Positions 20,898-30,367 of a stretch of 64,000 nucleotides of DNA are shown piece by piece. The notes beneath the pieces were generated by a model. The model was given only the letters and a program-made list of their open reading frames with translations, had not been told where the DNA came from and did not search any database. The stretch is from the IMG/VR virus record IMGVR_UViG_3300046454_000807, positions 14,575 through 78,574 of that record; one strand, given 5' to 3'. Source of the DNA: a virus. The position numbers and the translations under genes are program-made. Position 1 is the stretch's first letter; every line of letters starts with the position of its first letter.

Positions 20898-21303
20898 TGG
20901 AAAAAGGAAGCTGACTATCACCGGCCAGAAAGAGCTGGCCCGGTGGACGCCCGAGGGCAAGGACGAGGAGACCGTGATCTACGAGGTCGCCGCCGTCAAC
21001 GAGCAGGGTGAGGTCCTCGATCTTCCCCTTCGCACCTTCCACCCCGACCTTGAGCAAGGCACGCTGACCGAGTTCAACGTCGAGGTCTATGACCACGAGA
21101 AGTATGGACGCACTTACACCCTGAAGCTGCCCGGCAAGGGGCGCGCGTCGAAGAAGGACATCAGCGATATGCGCCAGCAGTTGACCTCCCTCGCAAACCG
21201 TGTCGGTTCACTGGAGGAAGAGGTAGCTGAGCTGCGTAGGAAGGTCAACCGAGAAGAGAAGCTGGACGAGAAGTTCGGCGGAGAAGACGACATCCCATTC
21301 TGA
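20887..21303 (+). CDS. putative single-stranded DNA-binding protein
   Basis: OB-fold-sized beta domain, a coiled coil and the acidic C-terminal tail EDDIPF. Confidence 0.55.
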   Translation: MAASGKRKLTITGQKELARWTPEGKDEETVIYEVAAVNEQGEVLDLPLRTFHPDLEQGTLTEFNVEVYDHEKYGRTYTLKLPGKGRASKKDISDMRQQLTSLANRVGSLEEEVAELRRKVNREEKLDEKFGGEDDIPF

Positions 21304-21758
21304 TGATCCAAGTGTGGACTGACGGCTGCTGCTTGAAGAACCCCGGTGGTCCCGGAGGGTGGGCGTTCATCGTCGTCGATGAGCAGCAACAAGTTGTCTG
21401 CAAAGAGTCGGGTGGTGAGCCCTGCTCGACCAACAACCGAATGGAGATGGCTGCGGTGATCGAGGGGATCAAGGTTGCTCTCGACCTCTTCCCCACGGAT
21501 GACATCGAGATCGTCTCCGACAGCCTCTATGTGGTCAAGGGCTCGACGGTGTGGCTGGCCGGCTGGAAGAAGCGCGGGTGGCGCCGCTCAGCCGGGAGGG
21601 GTCGCACCAAGCCGGTAAAGAACGAGGAGCTGTGGAGGCAGATCGACGCTTTGCTGCGCCCGCAAGTGACGCTGCTCTGGGTCAAGGGGCACAACGGCGC
21701 CAGGTTCAACGAGCTGGCTGACTTCATGGCGAAGGAGGCGGCGTCCGAACATGCCTAA
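21303..21758 (+). CDS. rnhA: ribonuclease HI
   Basis: WTDGCC.NPGGPGGWA, STNNRME, SDSLY, VKNEELW, WVKGH and NELAD motifs. Confidence 0.92.
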   Translation: MIQVWTDGCCLKNPGGPGGWAFIVVDEQQQVVCKESGGEPCSTNNRMEMAAVIEGIKVALDLFPTDDIEIVSDSLYVVKGSTVWLAGWKKRGWRRSAGRGRTKPVKNEELWRQIDALLRPQVTLLWVKGHNGARFNELADFMAKEAASEHA

Positions 21759-22542
21759 ACCGCTCGTCGTTATCCCCACCTTCCTCACCCAGCCCGGCGA
21801 CGTTGAAGTGACGATGGACTGTGTGCGCAGCATTCGGCATACGGTCAGCGACTCGGTTGACATCCTCTGCGTGGACGATCATTCACCCGATCGGCTGCTG
21901 GTCCAGGAGATCGCGCCCGGACTCGATCGCTACCACGCCGAGTTGTACCGCAAGACCTCGAACTCCGGCTTCTCGAAGACGGTGAACATCGGGCTCAGAC
22001 GTGCGCTCGACGAGGGCCGCGACGCCGTGTTGATGAACGCGGACATGGAGATGACCACGCCGGGCTGGGTGACGACCTGCCAGAAGACCAAGGACGGCCA
22101 GAATCGTCCGGCCGCGGTGGTCGGTGGGCTGCTGCTCTACCCGACCGGCCTGATCCAGCACGCCGGCATCTACTTCTCCCTGCTCACCCGCACCTTCGAC
22201 CATCTCTACAAGTACGGGCCGGGGAACCTGCCGGAGGCGCTCAAAATGCGGGTAGCGCCGGTCACTGGAGCGTTCCAATATATCCGCAACGAGACCCTGC
22301 AACTGATCGGCCTGTACGACGAGAAGTTTCACATGGCGCACGAGGATGTTGACTACTGCATTCGAGTTTTCCTGGCCGGGTTGCAGTGCGTCTACAACCC
22401 AAACGTGCGCGCTTACCACTTCGAGGCGATGTTCCGAGGCAGGCCGTCCCCGAAGTTGGAGCAGTGGCAGGCGTTGTCATGGATGTACTTCGCTGAAAAG
22501 TATGCAACCCAGAGCTTCTCGGGGCTCGTCCCATTTATCTAA
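21751..22542 (+). CDS. glycosyltransferase family 2 (GT-A)
   Basis: VVIPT, CVDDHS, NSGFSKTVN, LMNAD, VTGA and EDVDYC motifs. Confidence 0.88.
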   Translation: MPKPLVVIPTFLTQPGDVEVTMDCVRSIRHTVSDSVDILCVDDHSPDRLLVQEIAPGLDRYHAELYRKTSNSGFSKTVNIGLRRALDEGRDAVLMNADMEMTTPGWVTTCQKTKDGQNRPAAVVGGLLLYPTGLIQHAGIYFSLLTRTFDHLYKYGPGNLPEALKMRVAPVTGAFQYIRNETLQLIGLYDEKFHMAHEDVDYCIRVFLAGLQCVYNPNVRAYHFEAMFRGRPSPKLEQWQALSWMYFAEKYATQSFSGLVPFI

Positions 22543-22551
22543 GGAGGAATT

Positions 22552-23370
22552 ATGTGGTGGCACTACGACCAGCTTGAGAGTGGACATCCCTACGACTGGA
22601 CCCCCGCTGGCCGCGGCGAGTCCGAATGGGACAACATCGACTTCCACGTAGACCTCGGGTGTGGCACGCTGCGGAAAGGGCGACTCGGCATCGACCGTTA
22701 CTACACGCCCAACGTGGACCTGCTCATCAACTTCGACAGACTGGCGCCGGCGCAGCCGGCCAACGAGTTTGGCGAGCAGGGCGAGATGGACGAGGCGTTC
22801 GCCAAAACGCTCGACCTCTTCAACGCCCGCATCCGCGAGGAAAACGAGAAAGTGGGCCTCCCGTTCCCCACCAACTCGATCGAGTCGATCATCAGCCACC
22901 ACTGCTTCGAGCACCTGGGGATCGGCTTCATCCCGCTGATGGACGAGTGCCACCGTGTGCTCAAGCCTGGTGGCATCCTGCGCGTCATCACTCCGCTCTT
23001 CCCGTCGCGCACCGCGGTCGAGGACCCGGATCACAAGCGCTGGATCATGGAGGGGACCTTCGAGGCGTTCTGCGGCACCAAAGAGGGCGAGAGCTGGCTG
23101 TCCGGCTTCTCGGTCCCCTACACGAGCTGCCGCTTCGAGATGGTGGACAAGGACATCACCAAACGCCTGGAGGACCCACAGGAATGGTGGGGCGTCGATG
23201 ACGCGCGAGAGATTCGGGTCGCACTTAGAAAGCACGAGCTGGTCGAGGAGGCCGAAGATGTGGGTGAGCGTGAGATTCCTGCTCGGGAGCGAAGTGGCTC
23301 ACGAGACGAAGATGAGGTACTCGGAGCTGCCGAGGTTGGGGGAGACGGTCGAGTTGCCCTCGTCGCGTAA
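22552..23370 (+). CDS. class I SAM-dependent methyltransferase (type 11)
   Basis: VDLGCG, LPFPTNS, HCFEHL, RVLKPGG and DPDHK motifs. Confidence 0.85.
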   Translation: MWWHYDQLESGHPYDWTPAGRGESEWDNIDFHVDLGCGTLRKGRLGIDRYYTPNVDLLINFDRLAPAQPANEFGEQGEMDEAFAKTLDLFNARIREENEKVGLPFPTNSIESIISHHCFEHLGIGFIPLMDECHRVLKPGGILRVITPLFPSRTAVEDPDHKRWIMEGTFEAFCGTKEGESWLSGFSVPYTSCRFEMVDKDITKRLEDPQEWWGVDDAREIRVALRKHELVEEAEDVGEREIPARERSGSRDEDEVLGAAEVGGDGRVALVA

Positions 23371-23464
23371 AAAGTACGAAGTCTTCTCGATTCATCGGCG
23401 TGTGACTACTCATCCACGCCGACGAATCGACATAGGGCTTCGCAAACCAGAAAGGAAATCCTGA
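23258..23464 (+). CDS. small hypothetical protein overlapping the methyltransferase 3' end
   Basis: ATG with SD GAGGAGG; LPRLGETVEL motif; stop coupled to the next start. Confidence 0.4.
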   Translation: MWVSVRFLLGSEVAHETKMRYSELPRLGETVELPSSRKKYEVFSIHRRVTTHPRRRIDIGLRKPERKS

Positions 23465-24261
23465 TGTTTGCCACGGTGTGTGTGCTCTCTTACGAACGAT
23501 TGGCGTTCCTCAAAGACTGCATCGGCTCCATGCTGGCCAGGGCCGACGCCGACTTCGAGCTGGTCGTTCACGACGACGGCTCGCGGGACCCCGAGCTTCG
23601 CCGCTGGCTGTTGCAGATGAGCGAGGAGGGTGTGATCTCCACCTTGCTGATGAACTCGCCGGGCTGGAACGAGGGACAAGGGATCGCCTTCAACCGCATG
23701 GCGGCCGTGGCGAAGGGCGATCCGATCATCAAGTGCGACCAGGACCTGATCTTCGATTCCGGCTGGCTGCGCAAGGTGCAGGCGGTGCTGGAGGAAAACC
23801 AAGCCGAAGGCTTCGAGGGCTGTGTCCACACCGGCGGCTGTCCTCACCCGGAGGAGTGCGATCCGACACATCCCGTCTGCGAAGACCGCGCCCCGCTGAT
23901 CGGTGCGCTGGGCATCTTCCGCTACCCGGTCGAGCCGGTGAAATACGAGGAGATGTTGATCGCCGAGCACGGCGGTTGGCAGGAGCACCGTGACTTCGTG
24001 GGTTCCTTCATCGCCATCCCTCGCACCGCCTGGGAGCTGTTCGGGCCGTGGAGTGAGCGCAGTGCCGCCTTCGCCGAGGACAACGAGTTCAAGTTGAAGA
24101 TCGCGGCCACGGAGGGCTGGTGCTGCGCGCTGACGACGGAGGAGCTGGCGATGAACCAGGGCTTCGGCGTCGGGCCTTCCACTCTCGTCCTCGGCTACGA
24201 GCCGGGCGAAGTGAAGGAGATCAAGCCCGGACCCAAGGTCTACGAGCCCCAGGGGGTGTGA
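23464..24261 (+). CDS. glycosyltransferase family 2 with Cys/His insert
   Basis: CVLSYER, VHDDGS, KCDQD and AED motifs. Confidence 0.82.
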   Translation: MFATVCVLSYERLAFLKDCIGSMLARADADFELVVHDDGSRDPELRRWLLQMSEEGVISTLLMNSPGWNEGQGIAFNRMAAVAKGDPIIKCDQDLIFDSGWLRKVQAVLEENQAEGFEGCVHTGGCPHPEECDPTHPVCEDRAPLIGALGIFRYPVEPVKYEEMLIAEHGGWQEHRDFVGSFIAIPRTAWELFGPWSERSAAFAEDNEFKLKIAATEGWCCALTTEELAMNQGFGVGPSTLVLGYEPGEVKEIKPGPKVYEPQGV

Positions 24262-24262
24262 C

Positions 24263-24532
24263 GTGGAGGACGAGCTGAAGCAGAAGGCACCGCCGGAGGT
24301 CGAGGAGTCGCCCGAGGAGATCGCTGAAGAGATCAAGGCCGTCATGGAGGAGGTCGAGCAGGAGGCGAAGGCTGCGGCCGAGCGCCGGCGCCCGCGATGG
24401 ATGCGCGAGCGTCGCGAGCTGCACCGCCTCACCATCGTCGAGCGCAAGCAGCGCCGTGGACGGAACCAGGAGCGCCGGCGGCGACGGCTGGCCCGCGGTG
24501 GCCGGAGGCACGGAAGGCCGGTGGGGCGATGA
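24263..24532 (+). CDS. hypothetical protein (acidic N-half, Arg-rich C-half)
   Basis: Fills the gap between glycosyltransferases; coupled to the next ATG. Confidence 0.5.
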   Translation: MEDELKQKAPPEVEESPEEIAEEIKAVMEEVEQEAKAAAERRRPRWMRERRELHRLTIVERKQRRGRNQERRRRRLARGGRRHGRPVGR

Positions 24533-25377
24533 AGACGGCTGTGGTGATGCCCGTCGGCCCTGGCCGCGGCGACAACGTGCGTCAGAGCATCGAATCGCTG
24601 GCCGCCATGACGACCCATCCTCACCTGCTGCTGGTCGTCTGCGACGGCGAGGTCGATCTTCCCACCGAGCTGGACGATATGCCCTTCCCCGCCGTTGCCC
24701 TACGCGCCCCGAAGCACGAGCCGGGGATGGAGCAGCCACGCAACATCGGTGTGCGGAGACTGGAGGACACGGACATCGACACCGCCTGGTTCCTCGACTC
24801 CGACATCATCGTCGCGCCCGAGGCGCTGGAGCGCTTCGAAGAGGCGATGGACGGTCGCCCACGCATCCTGGTTGGACCCTACGACTGGTTGCCGCCGGGC
24901 ACGCGCGAGCCGATGTCCGAGCTGAAAAACGACCCGCGCTGGGCATCCTTCGAGGAGCATGGCTGGAACGAGGTCATGGTCGAGAACCTCAGTGCTGGGC
25001 TCGCCTGCTTCTCCGGCAACCTGGTGTGGCCGATCGACGAGTTCGCCCGCATCGGCGGCTTCTGGAATGAGCTGCACCACGGCCGCTGCGAGGACGGCGA
25101 GCTGGGACTTCGAGCTGTCGCCTGCGGTGTTCCCATCTCGATGGTCGCCGGCGCCCGCGGCTGGCATCTGGCCCACGCCGTGGATTTCGAGTTGACACTG
25201 CAACGCAACGAACGCGACGTGCCGATGTTGAACGAGCGTCACCCTTGGGTTGAGGGTGAGGGTTTGTTCGTGGTGGAGGAGGACGGCAAGCGCTTCAACG
25301 TCCGCTGCAAGTGCGGCTGGGAGGGCAACACGGCCGAGATATGGGCTCATCAACACGAGTGCGAGGAGGCGGTATGA
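24529..25377 (+). CDS. glycosyltransferase (GT2/GT7C-like) with C-terminal zinc ribbon
   Basis: Start MKTAVVMP; RNIG, FLDSD, IGGF, CEDGELGLR, WHLAH motifs; C-terminal CKCG..HQHEC. Confidence 0.82.
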   Translation: MKTAVVMPVGPGRGDNVRQSIESLAAMTTHPHLLLVVCDGEVDLPTELDDMPFPAVALRAPKHEPGMEQPRNIGVRRLEDTDIDTAWFLDSDIIVAPEALERFEEAMDGRPRILVGPYDWLPPGTREPMSELKNDPRWASFEEHGWNEVMVENLSAGLACFSGNLVWPIDEFARIGGFWNELHHGRCEDGELGLRAVACGVPISMVAGARGWHLAHAVDFELTLQRNERDVPMLNERHPWVEGEGLFVVEEDGKRFNVRCKCGWEGNTAEIWAHQHECEEAV

Positions 25378-26417
25378 AGAAGGCAATCGTCACCGGATGC
25401 AATGGGCTGGTCGGCGCCGAGGCCGTAGCGCTGCTGTGTGAAAACGACTACGTGGTCTACGGCTTCGACAATGACATGCGTCGTTACTTCTTTGGCGCGG
25501 AGGCTTCTACTTTCTCCCGCGGGCTCGAATTGACCGAACGCTTCAAGACGTTCCTTGACTATGGAGTGGACGTTCGCAAGATCGAGGAGGTTATGAGCGT
25601 CTTCGAGCGGATCGACGGGCCGGTCGATTTGATCGTCCACACCGCGGCCCAGCCTTCACACGACTGGGCCGCCAAGGAGCCGCGCACCGACTTCGATGTC
25701 AACGCGATCGGCACGCTCAACATGCTGGAGGTCATGCGCGCCCACTTCCCGGAGGCGACCTTTGCTCACATCTCCACGAGCAAGGTCTACGGTGACAATC
25801 CGAACCGGCTGGCGTTCAGCGACCGCGGCAAACGCATTGACGTGGGCGTCGAACATCCCTTCTACGAGGGCATCGACACGTCGATGTCGGTCGAGGGCTG
25901 TCTGCACAGCCTCTTCGGGGTGTCGAAGCTGGCTGGCGACCTCCTGGTGCAGGAGTATGGCCGCTACTTTGGGATGAACACTGTCTGCTTCCGGCCGGGC
26001 TGCGTGACGGGTCCCGGTCACGCTGGCGCCGAGCTTCACGGCTTCTTGTCCTACTTGGTCAAATGCGTCGTCAAGGGACTTCCGTACACCATCTTCGGCT
26101 ACGAGGGCAAGCAGGTCCGCTGCAACATCTACGGTCGTGACCTCGCTGCTGCCTGCTTGGAGTTCCACTCGAACCCCAAGCCCGGCGCCGTCTACAACAT
26201 CGGCGGTGGCCGGGAGAACGCGATCTCGATGATAGAGGCGATCGAGCTGGCGGAAAAGATCACCGGCAAGACCCTGACCACTCACTATGAGCCGAAAGCG
26301 CGGATCGGCGATCACATGTGGTGGATCAGCTCGAACCGCGACTTTGAACGTGACTTCCCGCGGTGGGAGCAGTCGCGCACGGTGGACCAGATGATCGAGG
26401 AGATCGCGGCCACATGA
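25374..26417 (+). CDS. NAD-dependent NDP-sugar epimerase (CDP-paratose/tyvelose epimerase-like SDR)
   Basis: Start MKKAIVTGCNGLVG; HTAAQPSHD, STSKVYG, SLFGVSK and GKQVR motifs. Confidence 0.88.
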   Translation: MKKAIVTGCNGLVGAEAVALLCENDYVVYGFDNDMRRYFFGAEASTFSRGLELTERFKTFLDYGVDVRKIEEVMSVFERIDGPVDLIVHTAAQPSHDWAAKEPRTDFDVNAIGTLNMLEVMRAHFPEATFAHISTSKVYGDNPNRLAFSDRGKRIDVGVEHPFYEGIDTSMSVEGCLHSLFGVSKLAGDLLVQEYGRYFGMNTVCFRPGCVTGPGHAGAELHGFLSYLVKCVVKGLPYTIFGYEGKQVRCNIYGRDLAAACLEFHSNPKPGAVYNIGGGRENAISMIEAIELAEKITGKTLTTHYEPKARIGDHMWWISSNRDFERDFPRWEQSRTVDQMIEEIAAT

Positions 26418-27196
26418 GGCTTCTCGTCTGCATACCAACGATCACCGGGCGCGAGGAGTTCCTGAAACGTGCTGTCTGGGCGTACCAGAAACGCACGCCT
26501 GGCGTTGAAGTCCACATCGAGGTCGTCTACAACGAGCCGACCTGTGGGCTGGGTTGGCAGAAGGCGGTCGAGCGAGGGCTATCGCGGCTCCAGCCGCCGC
26601 CGGAGTACATCCACTTCGGCAACGACGACATCATGGTCGCCGAGGGCTGGTTCTTCCCGCTGGCGGAGGCCGCGTCGCAGGGTTACCTGCCGGGCTCGCG
26701 GATGGAGCCTGCCGGCTATCACCTTGGCGAAGAGCCAGCCGAAGCGATCTCGCCGTGGTGGGTGAAGCCGTCGGAGCGCAGCTACTTCTACGCTGACCTG
26801 CCCGAGAACCAGCCGAAGCATGACTGGGCACCCCTCGACCACAGTGCGCTGCCGTTCTGTTCGGTGGGGCAATGGCTCAAGATCGGCCGCTTCATCCCGA
26901 TCCATTTCGGCACCGACAAGTGGTTCTACCACCGCGCTCGTGAGTGTGGCATGGAAGCCGTCGCCCGAATGGACTCGGTGATCTTCAACTATGCGACTCA
27001 GATCGGGCGCCAGAAGGGCGAGTGGACTGAGACCGACATTATCGACTTCGACCTCAATCTTGCCTACCCGCAGTACCTCGCCGGTGGTCTGAATCCGGTC
27101 GAGCAGCATCCACTCCGGCTGACGCCCAGAGGGCTCGAACTGGCCCGGCAGTGGCGCAAGAACAACCTGCCACCGCCGTACCACTGGGAGGAATAG
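26414..27196 (+). CDS. glycosyltransferase (GT-A fold, divergent)
   Basis: Start MRLLVCIPTITGR; YIHFGNDD (DxD-like) and FGTD motifs. Confidence 0.7.
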   Translation: MRLLVCIPTITGREEFLKRAVWAYQKRTPGVEVHIEVVYNEPTCGLGWQKAVERGLSRLQPPPEYIHFGNDDIMVAEGWFFPLAEAASQGYLPGSRMEPAGYHLGEEPAEAISPWWVKPSERSYFYADLPENQPKHDWAPLDHSALPFCSVGQWLKIGRFIPIHFGTDKWFYHRARECGMEAVARMDSVIFNYATQIGRQKGEWTETDIIDFDLNLAYPQYLAGGLNPVEQHPLRLTPRGLELARQWRKNNLPPPYHWEE

Positions 27197-27975
27197 TGGA
27201 CATCACCCTTTTGATCTCGACGTTCAATCGCGCCGAGCTACTGGCCCACTCGCTGAAGCGGCTGACCGAACTGACGCCGCCCGCCGAGCTGATCGTCGTG
27301 GACGACGGAGGCACCGACAACACCGAGGAGGTCTGCCAGGCGTTCAGCTCCCTGCCGATCCGCTACATCTACAACCACAACCCCGAGTGGTCGATCTGCT
27401 CGATGGCCCGCAACATCGGGGTGAAAGAGGCGTCGAACGACTGGATCGTCACCGCCGAGCCCGAGCTGTTCTTCGTGACCGATGTGCTGGCCCAGTTCGC
27501 CGCCCTGGAGCCCCAGCATCCCAACGAGGTTATCTCCGCCGGCACGATCTACTTCCAGCCCGAGGGCGGCCCGCCGCCGAGCACGAACGTCGAGGGACTT
27601 GAGACGGCGGGCGACTATGTGCCACCGACGGGCACTGAGGAAGCGATCGGCTGGGTCGCTCCCTTCACTGCCCTCTACTCCCGGCCAGCCCTGCTTGATG
27701 TGGGCGGTTGGGATGAGGAGTTCCCTGGGGCATGGGGCTGGGACGACATCGACCTGCTCACGCGACTTCGGATCAAAGGTGTGAATCAACACATCGCCCT
27801 CGACGTGAAGGTCCTTCATCAGTGGCATGGACCCAAGCACCGAGGCGACGTGGATTTCGTCAACGAGGGGTACTTCCGCGCCAAGAGCTTCGTCGCCGGC
27901 GGCGTGGAGTCACCCGACCTACCAGACATCATCGCGAATAGGGGGCACGAGTGGGGCAAGATCAGAAGCCGATAG
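27196..27975 (+). CDS. glycosyltransferase family 2
   Basis: GTG start at 27196; ISTFNR, VVDDGGTD, ARNIG, VGGWDE, WGWDD and LHQWH motifs. Confidence 0.88.
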   Translation: MDITLLISTFNRAELLAHSLKRLTELTPPAELIVVDDGGTDNTEEVCQAFSSLPIRYIYNHNPEWSICSMARNIGVKEASNDWIVTAEPELFFVTDVLAQFAALEPQHPNEVISAGTIYFQPEGGPPPSTNVEGLETAGDYVPPTGTEEAIGWVAPFTALYSRPALLDVGGWDEEFPGAWGWDDIDLLTRLRIKGVNQHIALDVKVLHQWHGPKHRGDVDFVNEGYFRAKSFVAGGVESPDLPDIIANRGHEWGKIRSR

Positions 27976-28610
27976 ACAGGATTGCGGAGGAGGCTAAGAC
28001 CTGGTGCATCCCGGACGACGCTCGGCGCGAGGAGAAGGCGCAGCGCGAGCGCATCCGGCACCCGAAGCTCATCAAGGACCTCCTACTCGACCAGCTCGCC
28101 ACGCACACGATGGACGTACTGGAGATCGGTGGCGGCCCGATGCCGGTGACGGACCTGCTGCCGTTCTCGTCGCGGATCGTGGTCGATCCCTGCACTGACC
28201 AGTACCGCGACTACTTCCCCTGCAACGACCACATCGCCGACACGATCGAGCACTTCTACACCGACGACCTGGAGGAGTGCTTCGACCTGGTGGTCTGCAC
28301 CAATGCCCTCGACCACGTTCAGGAAGACATGGTGCCGGCGGTCTTCGACGTGATCCGGCGAGTGCTGCGACCGGGTGGCTTCGCGGCGATTATGTGCGCT
28401 GAGAACAACGCTCTGACCAACCCCCATCCCTGCCATGCGGTCAACCTCGACGCGGCGCGGGTCCACCGAGCCCTTGACCCCGAGTTCGAGACGGTATGGG
28501 AGCTGACCTACGCCCGCGACGGCTACCGCTACGGCTGGGCCGAATACGAGGGCAAGATCGGCCAGCCAGCCTTCGCAATCCTCCTCCGCAAGGCGGTTGG
28601 GTATGCATAA
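27951..28610 (+). CDS. class I SAM-dependent methyltransferase
   Basis: VLEIGGG, FDLVVCTNALDHV and RVLRPGG motifs. Confidence 0.8.
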   Translation: MGQDQKPIDRIAEEAKTWCIPDDARREEKAQRERIRHPKLIKDLLLDQLATHTMDVLEIGGGPMPVTDLLPFSSRIVVDPCTDQYRDYFPCNDHIADTIEHFYTDDLEECFDLVVCTNALDHVQEDMVPAVFDVIRRVLRPGGFAAIMCAENNALTNPHPCHAVNLDAARVHRALDPEFETVWELTYARDGYRYGWAEYEGKIGQPAFAILLRKAVGYA

Positions 28611-29325
28611 ACCCAGAATCCTCGACCTGTTCTGTGGTGCTGGTGGAATCGCCAAGGGCTACCAACGTGCGGGCTTCCATGTGGTCGGAGTGGACATCGA
28701 ACTGCAACCGAACTATTGCGGAGATGAGTTCTACCACGCTGATGCCCTGGCTATGACGCAGGACATACTGCGCAGTTGCTGGCATGAGAGTTCACAGAGG
28801 ACCTCACTCAAAGGAATGCTTGACCGCTGTCTCGGGCACTTCCAGGCCATTCACGCTTCCCCTCCGTGTCAGGCGCACAGTGACCTCCAGAAACAGAACA
28901 AGCGAACTTATCCAGAGTTGATCGAGCCGACCAGGGAGCTACTTATCGCTTCCGAACTGCCCTATGTGATCGAGAACGTCGAGGGGGCGCCGCTGCTCGA
29001 CCCGATCATGCTCTGCGGCACGATGTTCCCCGGTCTGCGGGTGCTGCGCCATCGACTCTTCGAGACCAACTTCCCGATCACAGCACCACAGCACCACAGC
29101 ACCCAGCACCCGCTCGTTTTTACCCACGACAAGCGGAAGGCTCATTACGGCAAGCTCGACCAGAACACATCCTTCGTTCAGGTCACTGGCGGTGGAAACT
29201 GCACGATCGCCAACGCTCGGGACGCAATGGGGATCGACTGGATGAACAAGCCGGAGATCAACGAGGCCGTCCCCCCAGCCTATGGAGAATACGTCGGGCG
29301 GGCTCTACGGGCGCATCTTGGCTGA
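28603..29325 (+). CDS. DNA (cytosine-5)-methyltransferase, compact type
   Basis: Motif I LDLFCGAGG, IV ASPPCQ, VI IENV, VIII RHR, X EAVPP. Confidence 0.8.
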   Translation: MHKPRILDLFCGAGGIAKGYQRAGFHVVGVDIELQPNYCGDEFYHADALAMTQDILRSCWHESSQRTSLKGMLDRCLGHFQAIHASPPCQAHSDLQKQNKRTYPELIEPTRELLIASELPYVIENVEGAPLLDPIMLCGTMFPGLRVLRHRLFETNFPITAPQHHSTQHPLVFTHDKRKAHYGKLDQNTSFVQVTGGGNCTIANARDAMGIDWMNKPEINEAVPPAYGEYVGRALRAHLG

Positions 29326-30367
29326 CCTCGATATCAAGAAAGACGTGTGCATGGTCGGCCTCGGCACGTCGGCACCGTGTTACTACCGCGTCATGCTGCC
29401 GGCGATGGAGCTGGGCTGCGATTGGACCGGCGTTGCTGGTTACCCGCCGCGGTTCCACTGGCTCACCGGCAGCGTGCGCGGCGAGTCACAGCTTCCCGAC
29501 CTGATCGACAACTACAAAATCGTCGTCCTCCAACAGCCACACGGTGAGAGCTGGGAGAAGATGATCGAGACGATGCAAGAACATGGCAAGAAGGTCGTCT
29601 TCGAGGTAGACGATTACTTGCACGGAATCCAGAAGCGTGGTGACCATCAGTTCGCCGAGCACTACGACGATCGCGCGCTGCTGCTGTTCGAGATGTGCAT
29701 GAGGAAGTGCGATGCAATGATCGTCTCCACGCAGTACCTCTTCGACAAGTACAAAAAGTTCAACCCGAACATCTACCTCTGTCGCAACGGGATCGACCTT
29801 AACCGCTACAAGCTCACCCGGCCGAAGCGCAACACGGTCAACATCGGCTGGGCCGGCGCTACCGGGCACGCCCAGGCGATGCTGCCGTGGCTGCATCAGG
29901 TGCAGGCTGTCATGAACGAGAAGCCGGAGACCTGCTTCATCTCGATCGGACTGCCCTTCGCGAAGTCGATCGCACCCTACGTCGGGGAAGATCGCTGCAT
30001 CTCGATTCCCTGGACCTCGATCGAGACCTATCCGTCGGCGATGTCCATGTTCGACATCGCGCTGGCGCCTAGTGGTGGTGGTGGCTGGTACCGCGGCAAG
30101 TCGGACCTGCGCTGGCTGGAGGCATCGGCCTTGGGGATCGCGACGATCGCGCGGCCGAGCACTTACCCCGAAATCGAGCACGGTGTGACCGGCTTCCACG
30201 CGACGAGCCCGCAGGACATGGTGGTCGCGCTGATGGAGCTGATCGGAGACAAAGGGTTGCGAGAGGAGGTCGGGCGCGCAGCCAAAGCCTTCGTCACCGA
30301 TCACCGCTCGATGCCGATCATGGCACAGAGCTGGCAGGCCGCGCTCGAAACTATCCATGCCCAATAA
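29318..30367 (+). CDS. glycosyltransferase, GT-B/GT4-like
   Basis: YYRV, FEVDDY, VST, IGWAGATGH, DIALAP and KSDLRWLEAS motifs; TTG start inferred. Confidence 0.8.
   Translation: MADLDIKKDVCMVGLGTSAPCYYRVMLPAMELGCDWTGVAGYPPRFHWLTGSVRGESQLPDLIDNYKIVVLQQPHGESWEKMIETMQEHGKKVVFEVDDYLHGIQKRGDHQFAEHYDDRALLLFEMCMRKCDAMIVSTQYLFDKYKKFNPNIYLCRNGIDLNRYKLTRPKRNTVNIGWAGATGHAQAMLPWLHQVQAVMNEKPETCFISIGLPFAKSIAPYVGEDRCISIPWTSIETYPSAMSMFDIALAPSGGGGWYRGKSDLRWLEASALGIATIARPSTYPEIEHGVTGFHATSPQDMVVALMELIGDKGLREEVGRAAKAFVTDHRSMPIMAQSWQAALETIHAQ

Noticed and set aside
21751-30367. Known TET/JBP-dependent cytosine hypermodification pathway
   Set aside because: No 2OG-Fe(II) dioxygenase or hydroxymethylase motif recognised in the window; kept only as an open alternative.
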